Shown: positions 21,851 through 32,880, counted from the stretch's first letter. The stretch is DNA of 64,000 nucleotides from an uncultured Gemmatimonadaceae bacterium (GCA_963829055.1 CAWHHI010000011.1:64001-128000); one strand, 5' to 3'. Numbers and translations: made by a program. Notes: a model not told the origin generated them from the sequence alone.

Positions 21851-23171
21851 CTAGCCGGCGGGGCGTACCCGCGGGCGCGCCACGGACCGTATCGGCCGCG
21901 GGAGGGGCCTTCTTTGGCATGATGGCCTCGTGCTTCATTCGCCGCCGCCATATCGACGCCTGCCATTCCTGCTCCGCCGTGCGCTCCTTCGCCTCGCCGA
22001 TGGCGAAGAGCATCGCGGTCAGCGCGATCGCGAGCGGCCCGAGCACGGCGATCGGACCCGTCGGCAACACCCTGGCTCGGCCGTCGTCATCGCGATTCAC
22101 GCGTTCCACGAGTGCGGGAAAACGCCGCTGCATCCAGACGGTGGCCACGATCACGAGGAGGCCGAGCGTCGCGAGCGCGACCGGCAGTGCGATGACGCGA
22201 CGGAAGACGTCGAATGCGAGGTAGCCGAGGTACCCGAACGCCGCGACGCCGCCGGCGAGGAGCAGCACGCGTCGTCGGAGATAGAGTGACGCAACGACGA
22301 GCGCCGCGGCGACGAGCGGCATCGCGTGTCGCCAGGCGCCGATCGATGACCAGACCTGCGTGTAGCCGACGCCCAGCGTGATCGAGCCGGCGATGTAGAA
22401 CCAGAGGGCGTAGTCCTCGTCAGGCGGTTGGCGTCGATCCACCGCGTAGGCGATGGCGAACAGCGTGCACGCGATCACGCACTGGTAATACGGGCCCACG
22501 TACCACGACAGGCGCGGGTCGCCTAACGCCCGCCCCAGATGCAGCATCACGCCGACGAGCGCGATGGCGACGGGAGCCGCCAGCCCGAAGAACGGCACGC
22601 GGCGGATCGTGGCGAGCGCGACGCCGATGGTGGCGAGCTCGATGATGATGGCGCGCGATGCCATGTAGGGATCGTACCGCGCGAGCGCGTTGTCCCACGC
22701 GAGCGGATCGGGCCATTCACCGGTAAGGCGGAGCACCGCCCAGCCCCAAACGGGCGTCATCGCAACGGCGAGCACAGCAGCGATCCCACCAGCAAGCTCG
22801 AACCCACGACGGCGGAGCAATGTGGCGGCACCCGCGAACGCCGCCGCATACAGCACCGACACGCCGAGCACGCCGCCGGGTCCGAGCGCGGTCCACCGGT
22901 CGGCGAGCAACCAGCCGAGGGCGAACAACACGAGCAGTGCGCCGAGCGAGTAGGCGATGGTGATGGCGTTGAAGCCGCGGCGCGCCTCCCGACCGATCGT
23001 CGCGCCAGGCGTGGCGGCGGCTATCGCCGCGTTAGGCACCACGGTCGCCAGCTCGACGGCGAGCGCGTGCAGCGCGGTTCGCTGCTCGGCGTCGATGACA
23101 CCGCGGTCAGCAGCAGCGTCGATGAGGGCGCTGGCCGGGACGTTACGGGTGAGTCGGTCGACTTCGGACAC
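21851..23171 (-). CDS. Multi-pass membrane protein (DUF2157-like); natural stop probably TAG at about 21851, masked by a +1 frameshift
   Basis: GVIDAEQ N-terminus and about 11 hydrophobic segments; the extended ORF to 21138 reads as junk overlapping the next gene. Confidence 0.7.
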
Positions 23172-23206
23172 TATTCGCCTGGATCACAAATATTGCTTTC
23201 CACACG

Positions 23207-23222
23207 CGGCATTGGGCTTGCT
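23207..23222 (+). promoter_or_regulatory. Putative sigma-54 promoter for ku-ligD
   Basis: CGGCATTGGGCTTGCT is GG-N10-GC with TTGCT; about 75 nt before the ku ATG. Confidence 0.5.
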
Positions 23223-23297
23223 TACTTTCGCGACCGTTCACCGTCGCGCTGCATGTCGCTGTACCCGTTGCACCACCCTCAACCACAGGTCCGAGCG

Positions 23298-24161
23298 ATG
23301 GCGTCGATTTGGAAAGGATCACTGACCTTCGGACTGGTACACGTTCCCGTCGAGATGAAGCCCGCCGTTCGTGCCGACCAGATCCATTTCCGGCAGTTGC
23401 ACTCGGAAGATCTGTCGCCGATCAAGTACGAGCGGGTCTGCCAGGCCGACGGCTCGCCTGTTCCCTGGAGCGAGATCGTGAAGGGCTACGAGTACGAGAA
23501 AGGCAAATACGTCGTGCTCACCGACGATGACTTCAAGAAAGCCGCGCTCGATACTTCCAAGACCATCGACATCATCGACTTCGTGCGCGAAGACGAGATC
23601 GACCCGAGATTCTTCGAAACTCCCTACTACCTCGTGCCCTCGAAGGGCGGCGACAAGCCCTACGCCCTGCTGCGCGAGGCGATGCGGCAGTCGAACGTCG
23701 TCGGCGTCGGCAAGGTCATCATCCGCCGGACGCAGCATCTGGCCGGTGTGCGCGTGGTCGGTCAAGCGCTGGTCATCGAGCTCATGCGGTTCGCGAACGA
23801 GCTCGTGGACATCGGTGAATACTCGTTCCCGGGCAGCGACGCCCTCCGCGAGCAGGAGCTCACCATGGCGACGCAGCTCGTACAGAATCTGGCCGAGCCG
23901 TTCGATGCGTCGCGCTACACGGACGACTACCGCTCGAACCTGATGAAGCTCATCCGCACGAAGATGAAGGGGAAGAAGGTCACGGCCACGGAGCCGATGG
24001 ACAACGACGACGAGGACTCGAAAGTGCTGGATCTCATGTCGCGACTCCAGGCGAGTCTGGCCGAGGGGCGCGCGGCGAAGGGCGCGGGCGGCGGGAAGAA
24101 GCGCGTCGCGAAGACCCCGCGCGCTGCCGGTACGAGGAGCCGTCAGAAGAAAACGGCATAG
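23298..24161 (+). CDS. ku: NHEJ DNA end-binding protein Ku
   Basis: IWKGSLTFGLVHVPV, EIVKGYEYEKG, PYYLVP, YALLREAM and DLMSRLQASL; basic tail. Confidence 0.95.
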   Translation: MASIWKGSLTFGLVHVPVEMKPAVRADQIHFRQLHSEDLSPIKYERVCQADGSPVPWSEIVKGYEYEKGKYVVLTDDDFKKAALDTSKTIDIIDFVREDEIDPRFFETPYYLVPSKGGDKPYALLREAMRQSNVVGVGKVIIRRTQHLAGVRVVGQALVIELMRFANELVDIGEYSFPGSDALREQELTMATQLVQNLAEPFDASRYTDDYRSNLMKLIRTKMKGKKVTATEPMDNDDEDSKVLDLMSRLQASLAEGRAAKGAGGGKKRVAKTPRAAGTRSRQKKTA

Positions 24162-24165
24162 GAGC

Positions 24166-27001
24166 ATGGAGGGGACACGAGTGACGACACGATCGAAGCC
24201 GGCAGCGAAGCAGACCGCGATGCTCGAGGAGTACCGCGCGAAGCGCGACTTCGAACGGACCGAGGAGCCCGAGGGCGCGACGCGCTCCTCGGGCTCCTCG
24301 AGCACAAAGGCATCGTCGCCCGCGCGACCGCTGCGGTTCGTCATCCAGAAACACGCGGCAAGCCATCTGCACTACGATTTCCGCCTGGAGCTGGATGGCG
24401 TGATGAAGAGCTGGGCGGTGCCGAAGGGTCCGTCGCTCGACCCCACGCAGCGACGGCTCGCGATGGAAGTCGAGGATCACCCGATCGAGTACAACACGTT
24501 CGAAGGCACGATCCCGGCGGGGCAGTACGGTGGCGGCACCGTGATGCTGTGGGACCGCGGGACGTATGACGCCGCCGAGGGCGGCGTCGACGCGTTGCGC
24601 CGCGGGTACGAGCGCGGCGACATGAAGTTCACGATGAACGGCGAGCGGCTGCGCGGATCGTTCGCGCTCGTTCGCATGAAGGGCAAGGGCGAGCGGAAGC
24701 CGCAATGGCTTCTGATCAAACACCGCGATGACGACGCCGTCGCGGACTGGGACATCAGCGCGATCGACACGTCGGTCGCTACGGGACGCACGATGGACGA
24801 GATCGCGAACGGCAAGCGGGCGAAGACAAAGGCCGCAGCGCCAGCCGCCGGCGTGAAGCGCGCCAAGGCGAAGCCCGAACCCAAGGTGACGCCAGCGCGC
24901 GCACCGCGCTCGCCGCGCTCGGTGTCCAGCATCACGCCGATGATGGCGTCGATCGGAACCGAGATCCCCACCGGTGACCAGTGGACGTTCGAGCCGAAAT
25001 ACGATGGCGTCCGCGTGCTCGCCTTCGCATCCGGCTCTGGCGTTAGGCTCGTCACGCGCAACGGCAACGACAAGTCGGCGCAGTTCCCCGAGGTCACGGC
25101 GGCCGTGCGCACCCTCGCGCAGCGGCGCAAGCGCCCGTTCGTGCTCGACGGCGAGATCGTCGCCCTCGAAGGCGATGCGCCGGCACGCTTCCAGGCACTG
25201 CAGGGGCGCATGCACCTCAAGGACACCGAGGACATTTCCGGGCAGCGGACGAGTGCGCCATCGGCGCTCATCGCGTTCGATCTCCTCGTGGACGGGACGG
25301 ACGTCATCGTCGACGAGCCCTGGACGGTGCGCCGGAAACGACTCGAGCGTTTCATCGGCACCAATCCGCCTAACGCTTTGCGACTCGGGGAAACGGGGCC
25401 GGGCAATGGCGAGCAGCTGCTCGCTCGCGCACGCAAGAACGACTGGGAAGGCATCATCGCGAAGCGCACGACGTCCGTGTATCAACCCGGCGCGCGCTCA
25501 CGCGATTGGCTCAAGCTCAAGATCGAGTTCCGTCAGGAGTTCGTGGTCGGTGGCTACACCGAGCCCCGCAACACGCGCGAGCACATCGGCGCCGTGCTCC
25601 TCGGCTACTTCGACGGCGACGATCTCGTGTACGTCGGACACACCGGCGGCGGGTTCAACCGCGAGAGCCTTGCGGACATGGCGCGTCGCCTGCGTCGGCT
25701 CGAGCGGAAGTCGTCGCCGTTCTCGACGACCGTGCGGACGAACGAGAAAGCGCACTGGGTGCGACCGGAGGTCGTGGTCGAAGTGAAGTTCAACGAGTGG
25801 ACGGATGATGACCGACTGCGAACGCCGATCTTCCTGGGTGTTCGCGATGACAAGGACGCGCGCGAGGTCGGGCGCGAAGCGACGAGCGTTCAGAGAGGCG
25901 CTGCCACGCGACGGCGCGTTGGCGCCGCCGCGAGCGCGAAGACCGCGAGGAAGACGACGACGAAGACCGGCGCGAAACCGCGCTTCGACGAAAGCCGCGA
26001 CGAAACTCCCTGCGAAGAAGCAGACGGTCCGCGGCGACGTGTCATCGCTCGAGGGTGAGCTCGAAGCTGCGGAGCGCGAGGGACGCGATGCACACCTAAC
26101 GCTGTCGAGGGGCGTCTCCCTCAAGCTGTCGAGCCTCGGCAAGGTCTGGTTCCCGGGCCGCGCCGGCGGGTTCACGAAGGGTGACGTGCTTCGCCACTAC
26201 GTGCGGGTCGCGCCGTTCATTCTTCCGGTCATGGCCGACCGCCCGATCGTGCTCAAGCGATTCCCGGACGGCATCAACGGTGAAGCGTTCTACCAGCAGA
26301 AAGCGCCGGAGCATCCGCCGGCCGGCGTCCGCGTGGAGACGATCGAGGACGCCGACGGCGATCGGGTGGAGCGCCTCGTCGGCGGCTCGCTCGCGACGCT
26401 GCTGTACCAGGTGCAGCTCGGCACGATCTCGGTGGACCCGTGGCACGCGCGCGTGCAGTCGCTCGACTTCGCGGACTGGTCGGTCATCGATCTCGACCCG
26501 GGACCGCGTGCGAAGTTCGAGCGCGTGGTGGAGGTCGCAACGTGGGTGAAGGAGGAGCTCGACCAGCTGGGGCTCCGCGCGGCGATCAAGACGTCAGGTG
26601 CGAGCGGCCTTCACATTTTTCTTCCGCTGCCACCGCGCACGAGCAACGAGTCGGCGCTGCTCATCGCGCAGATCGTGGCCACGCGAGTGGCACAGGCGCA
26701 TCCGAAGGAGGCGACGGTCGAGCGCGGGGTCGCGGCGCGGCCGAAGTCCACGGTCTATGTCGACTACCTGCAGAACGTCCTCGGCAAGTCGGTGGCGGCG
26801 GCATACGCGGTACGCGCGCGGCCAGGCGCGACGGTCTCGACGCCTCTCGAGTGGAGCGAGCTGACCCCGAAGCTGGATCCCACGGACTTCACGATCGAGA
26901 CGGTGGCAGCCCGCTTCGCGCGGGTGGGCGACCTGTGGGCGGCGGGGCTCAAGGAGCGGAATTCGTCGGCTGCGTTGAAGGCGCTGACTACGAGGCGCTG
27001 A
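24166..27001 (+). CDS. ligD: NHEJ DNA ligase D (phosphoesterase-ligase-polymerase); +1 frameshift near 25980 in a Lys/Ala/Thr linker
   Basis: PE domain QKHAASHLHYDFRLE and EDHP; ligase EPKYDG, LDGE, EGIIAK and WLKLK; polymerase RFPDG, DLDPG, KTSGASGLH and DYLQN. Confidence 0.92.
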
Positions 27002-27010
27002 GCCAGCGCT

Positions 27011-27222
27011 GGGGACTGGGGACTGGGGACTGGGGACTGGGGCTGCACGCTGGGGACATCTGCCGACGGCTGCATGCTGCGGCCGCACGCTGCCCGCTGC
27101 TGCCAATACCGCCCGGTCACCCACGCGCTGCTCGCGCAGCGCCGCACTCAGCGTCACCCAGCAACCAGCACGACCACCCAGCAACCAGCTCGCAGTTCTT
27201 CAGTCCCCAGTCCCCAGTCCCC
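27011..27222. repeat. Inverted pair of heptamer tandem repeats, (GGGGACT)4 ... (AGTCCCC)3
   Basis: 27011-27038 and 27202-27222, read directly. Confidence 0.85.
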
Positions 27223-27252
27223 GTCCCTGCCTCGGCCATTTAGATTGCGCCG

Positions 27253-28191
27253 ATGCCCGCGCCCACCCCCGCCCTCGCAGTCCGTGGTCTGCGAAAGGCC
27301 TACGCCAATGTCGTGGCCGTCGAAGCGCTCGATCTCGAGGTTCGCGCTGGAGAGTGCTTCGGACTCCTCGGCCCGAACGGCGCCGGCAAGACCACCACCA
27401 TCGAGATTTGCGAAGGACTGCTCGCGCCTGATGCCGGAGTGGTCGAAGTGTTCGGCATGCAATGGGCACGCGACGGCAACTCGCTGCGATCGCGGCTCGG
27501 AATTCAGCTGCAGGAAACGCAGCTCTCCGAGAAGCTCACCGTCGAAGAGACCGTGCGGCTGTTTCGCTCGTTCTACCCCGCCGGTCGCACCGTCGACGAA
27601 GTGATCGGGCTCGTACAGCTCGACGAAAAACGAAAAGCGCGCGTCGGGACGCTCTCCGGCGGACAGAAGCAGCGCCTCGCTGTCGCCTGCGCGCTCGTCG
27701 GTGATCCAGATCTGCTCTTTCTCGACGAGCCGACGACCGGACTCGATCCGCAATCGCGGCGACAGCTCTGGGACATCATCGATGCCTTTCGCAACGAAGG
27801 CGGCACGACAGTGCTCACCACGCACTACATGGACGAGGCCGAGCGCCTGTGCGATCGCGTCGCCATCGTCGATCATGGTCGCGTCATCTCGCTCGGCACA
27901 CCTCGCGAGCTCATCGCGTCGCTCGGCGCTGGGCATGTCGTCGAGTTCGGCGTCGATGGATCGCAGGACATCGATGAGCGGACGCTGCTCTCGCTCGCCG
28001 GTGTGAAGTCAGCGAGACGTTCCGGCGGACGCTGGGCACTGCAGGTCGGCGCCGCGCACGAGACCATTCCGCTCCTGCTCGCCGAACTGACCGAGCGCGC
28101 GTTGCCGCTCACGGAGTTGAGCACGCACTCACCGACACTCGAGGATGTCTTCGTCACGCTGACGGGGAGGAGTCTGCGCGATGACGTCTGA
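27253..28191 (+). CDS. ABC-2 exporter ATP-binding protein
   Basis: GPNGAGKTT, LSGGQ, LFLDEPTTGLD and TTHYM. Confidence 0.95.
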   Translation: MPAPTPALAVRGLRKAYANVVAVEALDLEVRAGECFGLLGPNGAGKTTTIEICEGLLAPDAGVVEVFGMQWARDGNSLRSRLGIQLQETQLSEKLTVEETVRLFRSFYPAGRTVDEVIGLVQLDEKRKARVGTLSGGQKQRLAVACALVGDPDLLFLDEPTTGLDPQSRRQLWDIIDAFRNEGGTTVLTTHYMDEAERLCDRVAIVDHGRVISLGTPRELIASLGAGHVVEFGVDGSQDIDERTLLSLAGVKSARRSGGRWALQVGAAHETIPLLLAELTERALPLTELSTHSPTLEDVFVTLTGRSLRDDV

Positions 28192-29269
28192 TCGGATGGT
28201 TGATCGAGCGACCCGCCCGAAGAACACCGCTGGCAACACACCCGCGATCGTCCAGCTCACGCTGTCGCGCTTTCGCGAATTCTATCGCGAGCCCGAGGCG
28301 GTGTTCTGGGTGTTCATCTTTCCCATCCTGCTGGCCGCGGGACTCGGTATCGCGTTTCGGAATAGGCCCGCTGAGGCATCGCACATTGCCGTTGTCTCGA
28401 GCGCCGCGAACAATGCTGTAGTGGACTCGTTGAAGACGGCACCTAACGTCACTGTCGACGTGCTCGACGACACGGCGGCAACCGCAGCGCTGCGAACTGG
28501 TCGAGTGGCACTCGTTGTCATACCGCGTGCGGATGGCGGCGTCGAGTATCGATTCGACGAGGCGCGTCCCGAGTCCCGCACGGCGCGGCTCATCGTCGAT
28601 CGCGCCGTACAACATGCTGGAGGTCAGCAGGATCCGGTGCGCACGACCGACACGCGCGTGAGCGAGCGTGGGTCGCGCTACATCGACTTCGTCGTGCCAG
28701 GGCTGCTCGGCATGAACCTCATGGGAAGCGGCATCTGGGGCATCGGCTTCTCCATCGTCGACGCGCGAAAGAAGAAGCTGCTGAAGCGACTCATCTCGAC
28801 GCCAATGTCGCGCGCGCAGTACCTCGCGTCGTTCCTCATCTTCCGACTGTCGTTGCTCGTGATCGAGGTCGCGACCCTCATCGGCTTCGGCACGCTGGTG
28901 TTCGGCGTGCCGCTCCGAGGGTCGTTCATCCAACTCGTCGCGATCTGCGTGCTGTCGTCACTCGCGTTCGGCGGAATGGGATTGCTGGTCGCGTCGCGCG
29001 CCCGCACGGTCGAGGGCGCGTCCGGCCTCATGAATCTCGTCATGATGCCGATGTGGGTGTTCTCCGGCGTCTTCTTCTCGTCAGGCAACTTTCCGAAAGT
29101 CGCGCAGCCGTTCATTCAGGCGCTTCCCCTCACCGCCGTGAACGACGCGCTGCGCGCCAACATGCTGCAGGGCGCCTCCTGGAACGTCGTGGGCCACGAG
29201 ATCGTGATCATCGCGACGTGGCTGGTGGTCTGCTTCACACTGGCATTGAGACTCTTCCGGTGGCGGTGA
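28181..29269 (+). CDS. ABC-2 exporter permease
   Basis: N-terminal TM, periplasmic loop, RYIDFVVPGLLGM and five further TMs; overlaps the ATPase gene. Confidence 0.92.
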   Translation: MTSDRMVDRATRPKNTAGNTPAIVQLTLSRFREFYREPEAVFWVFIFPILLAAGLGIAFRNRPAEASHIAVVSSAANNAVVDSLKTAPNVTVDVLDDTAATAALRTGRVALVVIPRADGGVEYRFDEARPESRTARLIVDRAVQHAGGQQDPVRTTDTRVSERGSRYIDFVVPGLLGMNLMGSGIWGIGFSIVDARKKKLLKRLISTPMSRAQYLASFLIFRLSLLVIEVATLIGFGTLVFGVPLRGSFIQLVAICVLSSLAFGGMGLLVASRARTVEGASGLMNLVMMPMWVFSGVFFSSGNFPKVAQPFIQALPLTAVNDALRANMLQGASWNVVGHEIVIIATWLVVCFTLALRLFRWR

Positions 29270-30273
29270 ACGCGCGTCGTAGTTGGGTGATCGCGGCATT
29301 CGTCGCGGTCTACCTGATCTGGGGTTCGACCTATCTCGGTATCCGTTTCGCGATCGAGACAATTCCGCCGTTCCTGCTATCGTGCGTGCGCTTCACGCTC
29401 GCGGGAGCGATTCTCCTCGTCATCGCGAAGGTGCGCAACGCTCCGAATCCGACGGCTCCGCAGTTTCGGACCGCGGCGATCGTCGGCTCGCTGCTGATGC
29501 TCGCGAACTCGCTCGTTGGCGTGGCCGAATCGCGGATTCCGTCCGGCATCGCCGCGCTACTCGTGGCGATGACGCCGCTCTTCATGGTGATCCTCGAGTG
29601 GGCGCGTCCTCACGGGAAGAAGCCGACGCTGCTCGTCGCGATCGGGCTCCTGATCGGACTCGGCGGCGTCGTCGCGCTCGTTGGCCCGGGATCGTTCGGC
29701 GGCGGGGGTGGCATCGACCTGATCGGCGCCGGTACGGTCGTGGCTGGCTGCCTGGCGTGGTCCAGCGGCTCGATCTACTCGCGTTATGCGCCACGTCCGT
29801 CGTCGGGGCTGGTGATGACGGGATACCGAATGCTCGTGGGCGGGGTGTTCGTGGGCATCATCGGCGTCATCCGCGGTGAGTTCGCGACGTTCCACCTCGC
29901 GGACGTCTCGATGCGGTCGATCCTCGCGTGGGCGTATCTGCTCGTCTTCGGGTCGCTCATCGCGTTCACGGCGTTCGTCTATCTGCTGCGCGTCTCGACG
30001 CCGGCGCGCGTGGCGACGTATGCGTACGTGAACCCGGTCGTTGCGGTGATCCTTGGCTGGTTGCTGGCAGGCGAAGCGATCAGCTCGCGAATGATCGTGT
30101 CGGCTGTCATCATAGTCGCGGGCGTCGCGCTGATCACGTTCGCTGAAGGGCGCACGCCGGCGCCCGCCAGGGACGAGCGCGTGAAGCGGGTTCGCGCGGA
30201 TGGCACACCGTACTCCGTTCCGGACTCCGTCCTCACGCCCGCCGATGACGTCCCCGCCACCGATCGCGCCTAA
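29266..30273 (+). CDS. EamA/DMT family transporter
   Basis: GTG overlaps the upstream TGA; VYLIWGSTYLGIR and TYAYVNPVVAVILG; 10 TMs. Confidence 0.92.
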   Translation: MNARRSWVIAAFVAVYLIWGSTYLGIRFAIETIPPFLLSCVRFTLAGAILLVIAKVRNAPNPTAPQFRTAAIVGSLLMLANSLVGVAESRIPSGIAALLVAMTPLFMVILEWARPHGKKPTLLVAIGLLIGLGGVVALVGPGSFGGGGGIDLIGAGTVVAGCLAWSSGSIYSRYAPRPSSGLVMTGYRMLVGGVFVGIIGVIRGEFATFHLADVSMRSILAWAYLLVFGSLIAFTAFVYLLRVSTPARVATYAYVNPVVAVILGWLLAGEAISSRMIVSAVIIVAGVALITFAEGRTPAPARDERVKRVRADGTPYSVPDSVLTPADDVPATDRA

Positions 30274-31780
30274 CGTCATGCTCGAGCCGCTGACTCCGAC
30301 CGACCACGACACGCCGTTCCTCGGCGACATTCCGCCTGACGAGTTCCATGCGCAGGCGCGTCGCGTCATCCGGTGGATCGCGGACTACCTCGAGAACCCG
30401 GAGCGCTTTCCGGTGCTCGCGCGCGTCGCACCAGGCGACATCACGGCGAGACTTCCCCTCGAACCGCCCGCGGAGCCGGAGTCGATCGAGGCCGTACTCG
30501 ACGACTTCGAGCGGCTGATCGTGCCTGGCGTGACACACTGGAACCACCCCGGCTTCTTCGCGTACTTCTCGGTCTCCGCATCGGCCCCGGGTATCCTGGC
30601 CGAGATGCTCATCGCGGCGCTGAACGTGAACGCGATGCTGTGGAAGACGTCGCCGAGTGCGACGGAGCTCGAGCTGCGAACGCTGGACTGGCTGCGGCAG
30701 ATGCTCGGGCTCAGGGAGGGATGGTTCGGGCTCATCAACGACACCGCGTCGATCTCCACGCTGCTGGCGCTGGCCGCGGCGCGAGAGGCGAAGCCGGAGC
30801 TCGAGATCCGCGAGCGTGGAATGGCCGGCCGCACTGACCTGCCGCGGCTCCGCGTGTACACGTCGTCGCACGCGCATTCGTCGGTCGACAAGGCGGCGAT
30901 CACGCTCGGAATCGGGCACGAGAACGTCGTGCACATCGACGCCGATGACGCGTTTCGCATGAAGATCGACGCGCTCGAGGCGGCGGTGCGCGCCGATCGG
31001 GAGCGCGGCTATCTGCCACTCGCGACGGTGGCGACCGTGGGAACCACGAGCACGACGAGCATCGACCCGGTGCCGGCAATCGCCGCGTTATGCACGCGCG
31101 AATCGATGTGGCTGCACGTGGACGGCTCGTACGGCGGCGTCGCGGCGGTGGTGCCGGAGATGCGTCACGTGCTCGCGGGCGTGGAGCTCGCGGATTCCCT
31201 CGTCGTGAACCCACACAAGTGGCTGTTCACGCCGATCGATCTGTCGGCGATGTTCACGCGTCGCCCCGACGTCCTCAAGCGCGCGTTCACGCTCGTGCCG
31301 GAGTATCTCGTCACGCGCGAGCAGAGCGATGTCGTGAACCTCATGGATTACGGCGTGCAGCTCGGCCGCCGCTTCCGCGCGCTCAAGCTGTGGATGGTGA
31401 TTCGCGCGTTCGGCGCTCACGGCCTCGCGGCTCGCCTGCGACAGCAGATGGCGATGGCGCAGGAGTTCGCGAGTTGGGTGGACGAAGAACCGGATTGGGA
31501 GCGCGTCGCGCCAGTGCCGTTCTCGCTCGTGTGCTTTCGTTATGCACCGGCTGGTACGAGCGAGGTGGATCGCGACGCCATGAACGCGGCGATTCTCGAG
31601 CGTGTGAACGCGAGCGGCAGCGCGTATCTCTCGCACACGAAGCTCAACGGCCGCTTCGTGCTCCGCCTGGCCATCGGCAACATGCGTACGGAACCGCGAC
31701 ACGTCGCGAATGCGTGGCGGCTGCTGCGTGACATGTCATTGTCAGCCCGAGGAGCAACAGCGACGAGGGACCTTCTGTGA
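30245..31780 (+). CDS. PLP-dependent group II decarboxylase, aromatic-L-amino-acid decarboxylase-like
   Basis: PGVTHWNHPGFFAYF, SPSATELE, AHSSVDKA, WLHVDGSY, NPHKW (PLP lysine) and LGRRFRALKLW. Confidence 0.92.
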   Translation: MTSPPPIAPNVMLEPLTPTDHDTPFLGDIPPDEFHAQARRVIRWIADYLENPERFPVLARVAPGDITARLPLEPPAEPESIEAVLDDFERLIVPGVTHWNHPGFFAYFSVSASAPGILAEMLIAALNVNAMLWKTSPSATELELRTLDWLRQMLGLREGWFGLINDTASISTLLALAAAREAKPELEIRERGMAGRTDLPRLRVYTSSHAHSSVDKAAITLGIGHENVVHIDADDAFRMKIDALEAAVRADRERGYLPLATVATVGTTSTTSIDPVPAIAALCTRESMWLHVDGSYGGVAAVVPEMRHVLAGVELADSLVVNPHKWLFTPIDLSAMFTRRPDVLKRAFTLVPEYLVTREQSDVVNLMDYGVQLGRRFRALKLWMVIRAFGAHGLAARLRQQMAMAQEFASWVDEEPDWERVAPVPFSLVCFRYAPAGTSEVDRDAMNAAILERVNASGSAYLSHTKLNGRFVLRLAIGNMRTEPRHVANAWRLLRDMSLSARGATATRDLL

Positions 31781-31792
31781 TGTCATCGTAGA
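31741..31792. repeat. Degenerate REP family 1 half copy overlapping the decarboxylase 3' end
   Basis: GTCAGCCCGAGGAGC...GCGACGAGGGACCTT.TGTGATGTCATCGTAG resembles the 48048-48150 element. Confidence 0.55.
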
Positions 31793-31829
31793 ACCTCGAT
31801 TGGCTCGTTGCGCGATGGATTCCTGTATG

Positions 31830-32243
31830 ATCGCGCCGCGGTCGGTGGGAACTACGATTGTGCGGATCTGTCCTGCGAAACTACCGGATACGGCTTTGCA
31901 TTCAGGCATCATCGCGGCCGGCCAATGGGAACTGCGATCGCGCCGATGACGCGGAAGAAGCAGGATCGATCGCGTTCGGGACGGCCCCTCGCGCAACGAG
32001 CCGGGATTTGTTGGGAACGGCCGCTCGGGACGCAGGAGTCGACGGAACGGCCGTTCCCATTGTTCGATCAGGGTCCGGCGAGGGCCAGTGTCGGTGCAAA
32101 GCCCGATCCGGCCGTTTTCCGTGTCATCCGCAAAATCGTAGTCCCCACCGACCGCGGCGCGGCGATGCGTGAATGCAAAGCAGTATCCGGTAGTTTCGCA
32201 GTGCAGATCCGCCGAATCGTAGTTCCCACCGGCCCGGCGCGAT
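31830..32243. mobile_element. Composite MITE-like element, family 5 (GGTGGGAACTACGATT ends), with extra outer arms
   Basis: About 78-nt inverted arms enclose an inner unit homologous to 47129 and 56229. Confidence 0.7.
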
Positions 32244-32256
32244 GGCGCCGAGCGGG

Positions 32257-32880
32257 CTAGGCGTCCGGGGTGGACGACTGCGGCGTCGTCGGTGTCTGCT
32301 CCGAGAGCAGCGGCGGGCTCTGGCGACGACGGATGAGCACCACGAAGACCAGCACCACGCCGACGATCAGCAACCCGGCGATGACGTCCTCGTATCGGCG
32401 GATGTGGCCGAGGACGAGCAAGGCTGTTTCGCCGAAGAGCCAGCCGACGAGCGCGAATAGCGTCGACCAGATGATCGACGCCAGCGCGGTACCGATGAGG
32501 TAGACCGGCAACCGCATCCGGGCCGCGCCGCAGGCGATCGGCAGCACGATGCGAATCCCGAACGCGAAGCGAACCGCGAACGTGCTCCGCCAGGGGCTTC
32601 GCCTAACGAAGACGAGCAGCCGGGTCACGTACCGGCCGACCTTCCGGAATCGATTCCGCACCCACTTGCTACGCCAACGGCCGAGTGCGTAGAGCGCGAC
32701 GCCGGCGGCCCAGGTGCCAATGGAACAGGCGAGGACGACTCGCACGAACCCGAGATGCCCTTCGTGCGCCGCGAATCCGCCGACGATCGGGGCGGCCTCC
32801 TCAGTGATGATCCCGGATGCGCCCAGGGTCACGTACGCCCAGGCTTCGGCGAGATGGCTGAGAAGGGTATGGGATTCCAC
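32257..32880 (-). CDS. DedA/VTT family membrane protein
   Basis: EEAAPIVGG, YALGRW and RFAFGIRIVLPIACGAARM. Confidence 0.85.
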   Translation of the reverse strand: MESHTLLSHLAEAWAYVTLGASGIITEEAAPIVGGFAAHEGHLGFVRVVLACSIGTWAAGVALYALGRWRSKWVRNRFRKVGRYVTRLLVFVRRSPWRSTFAVRFAFGIRIVLPIACGAARMRLPVYLIGTALASIIWSTLFALVGWLFGETALLVLGHIRRYEDVIAGLLIVGVVLVFVVLIRRRQSPPLLSEQTPTTPQSSTPDA

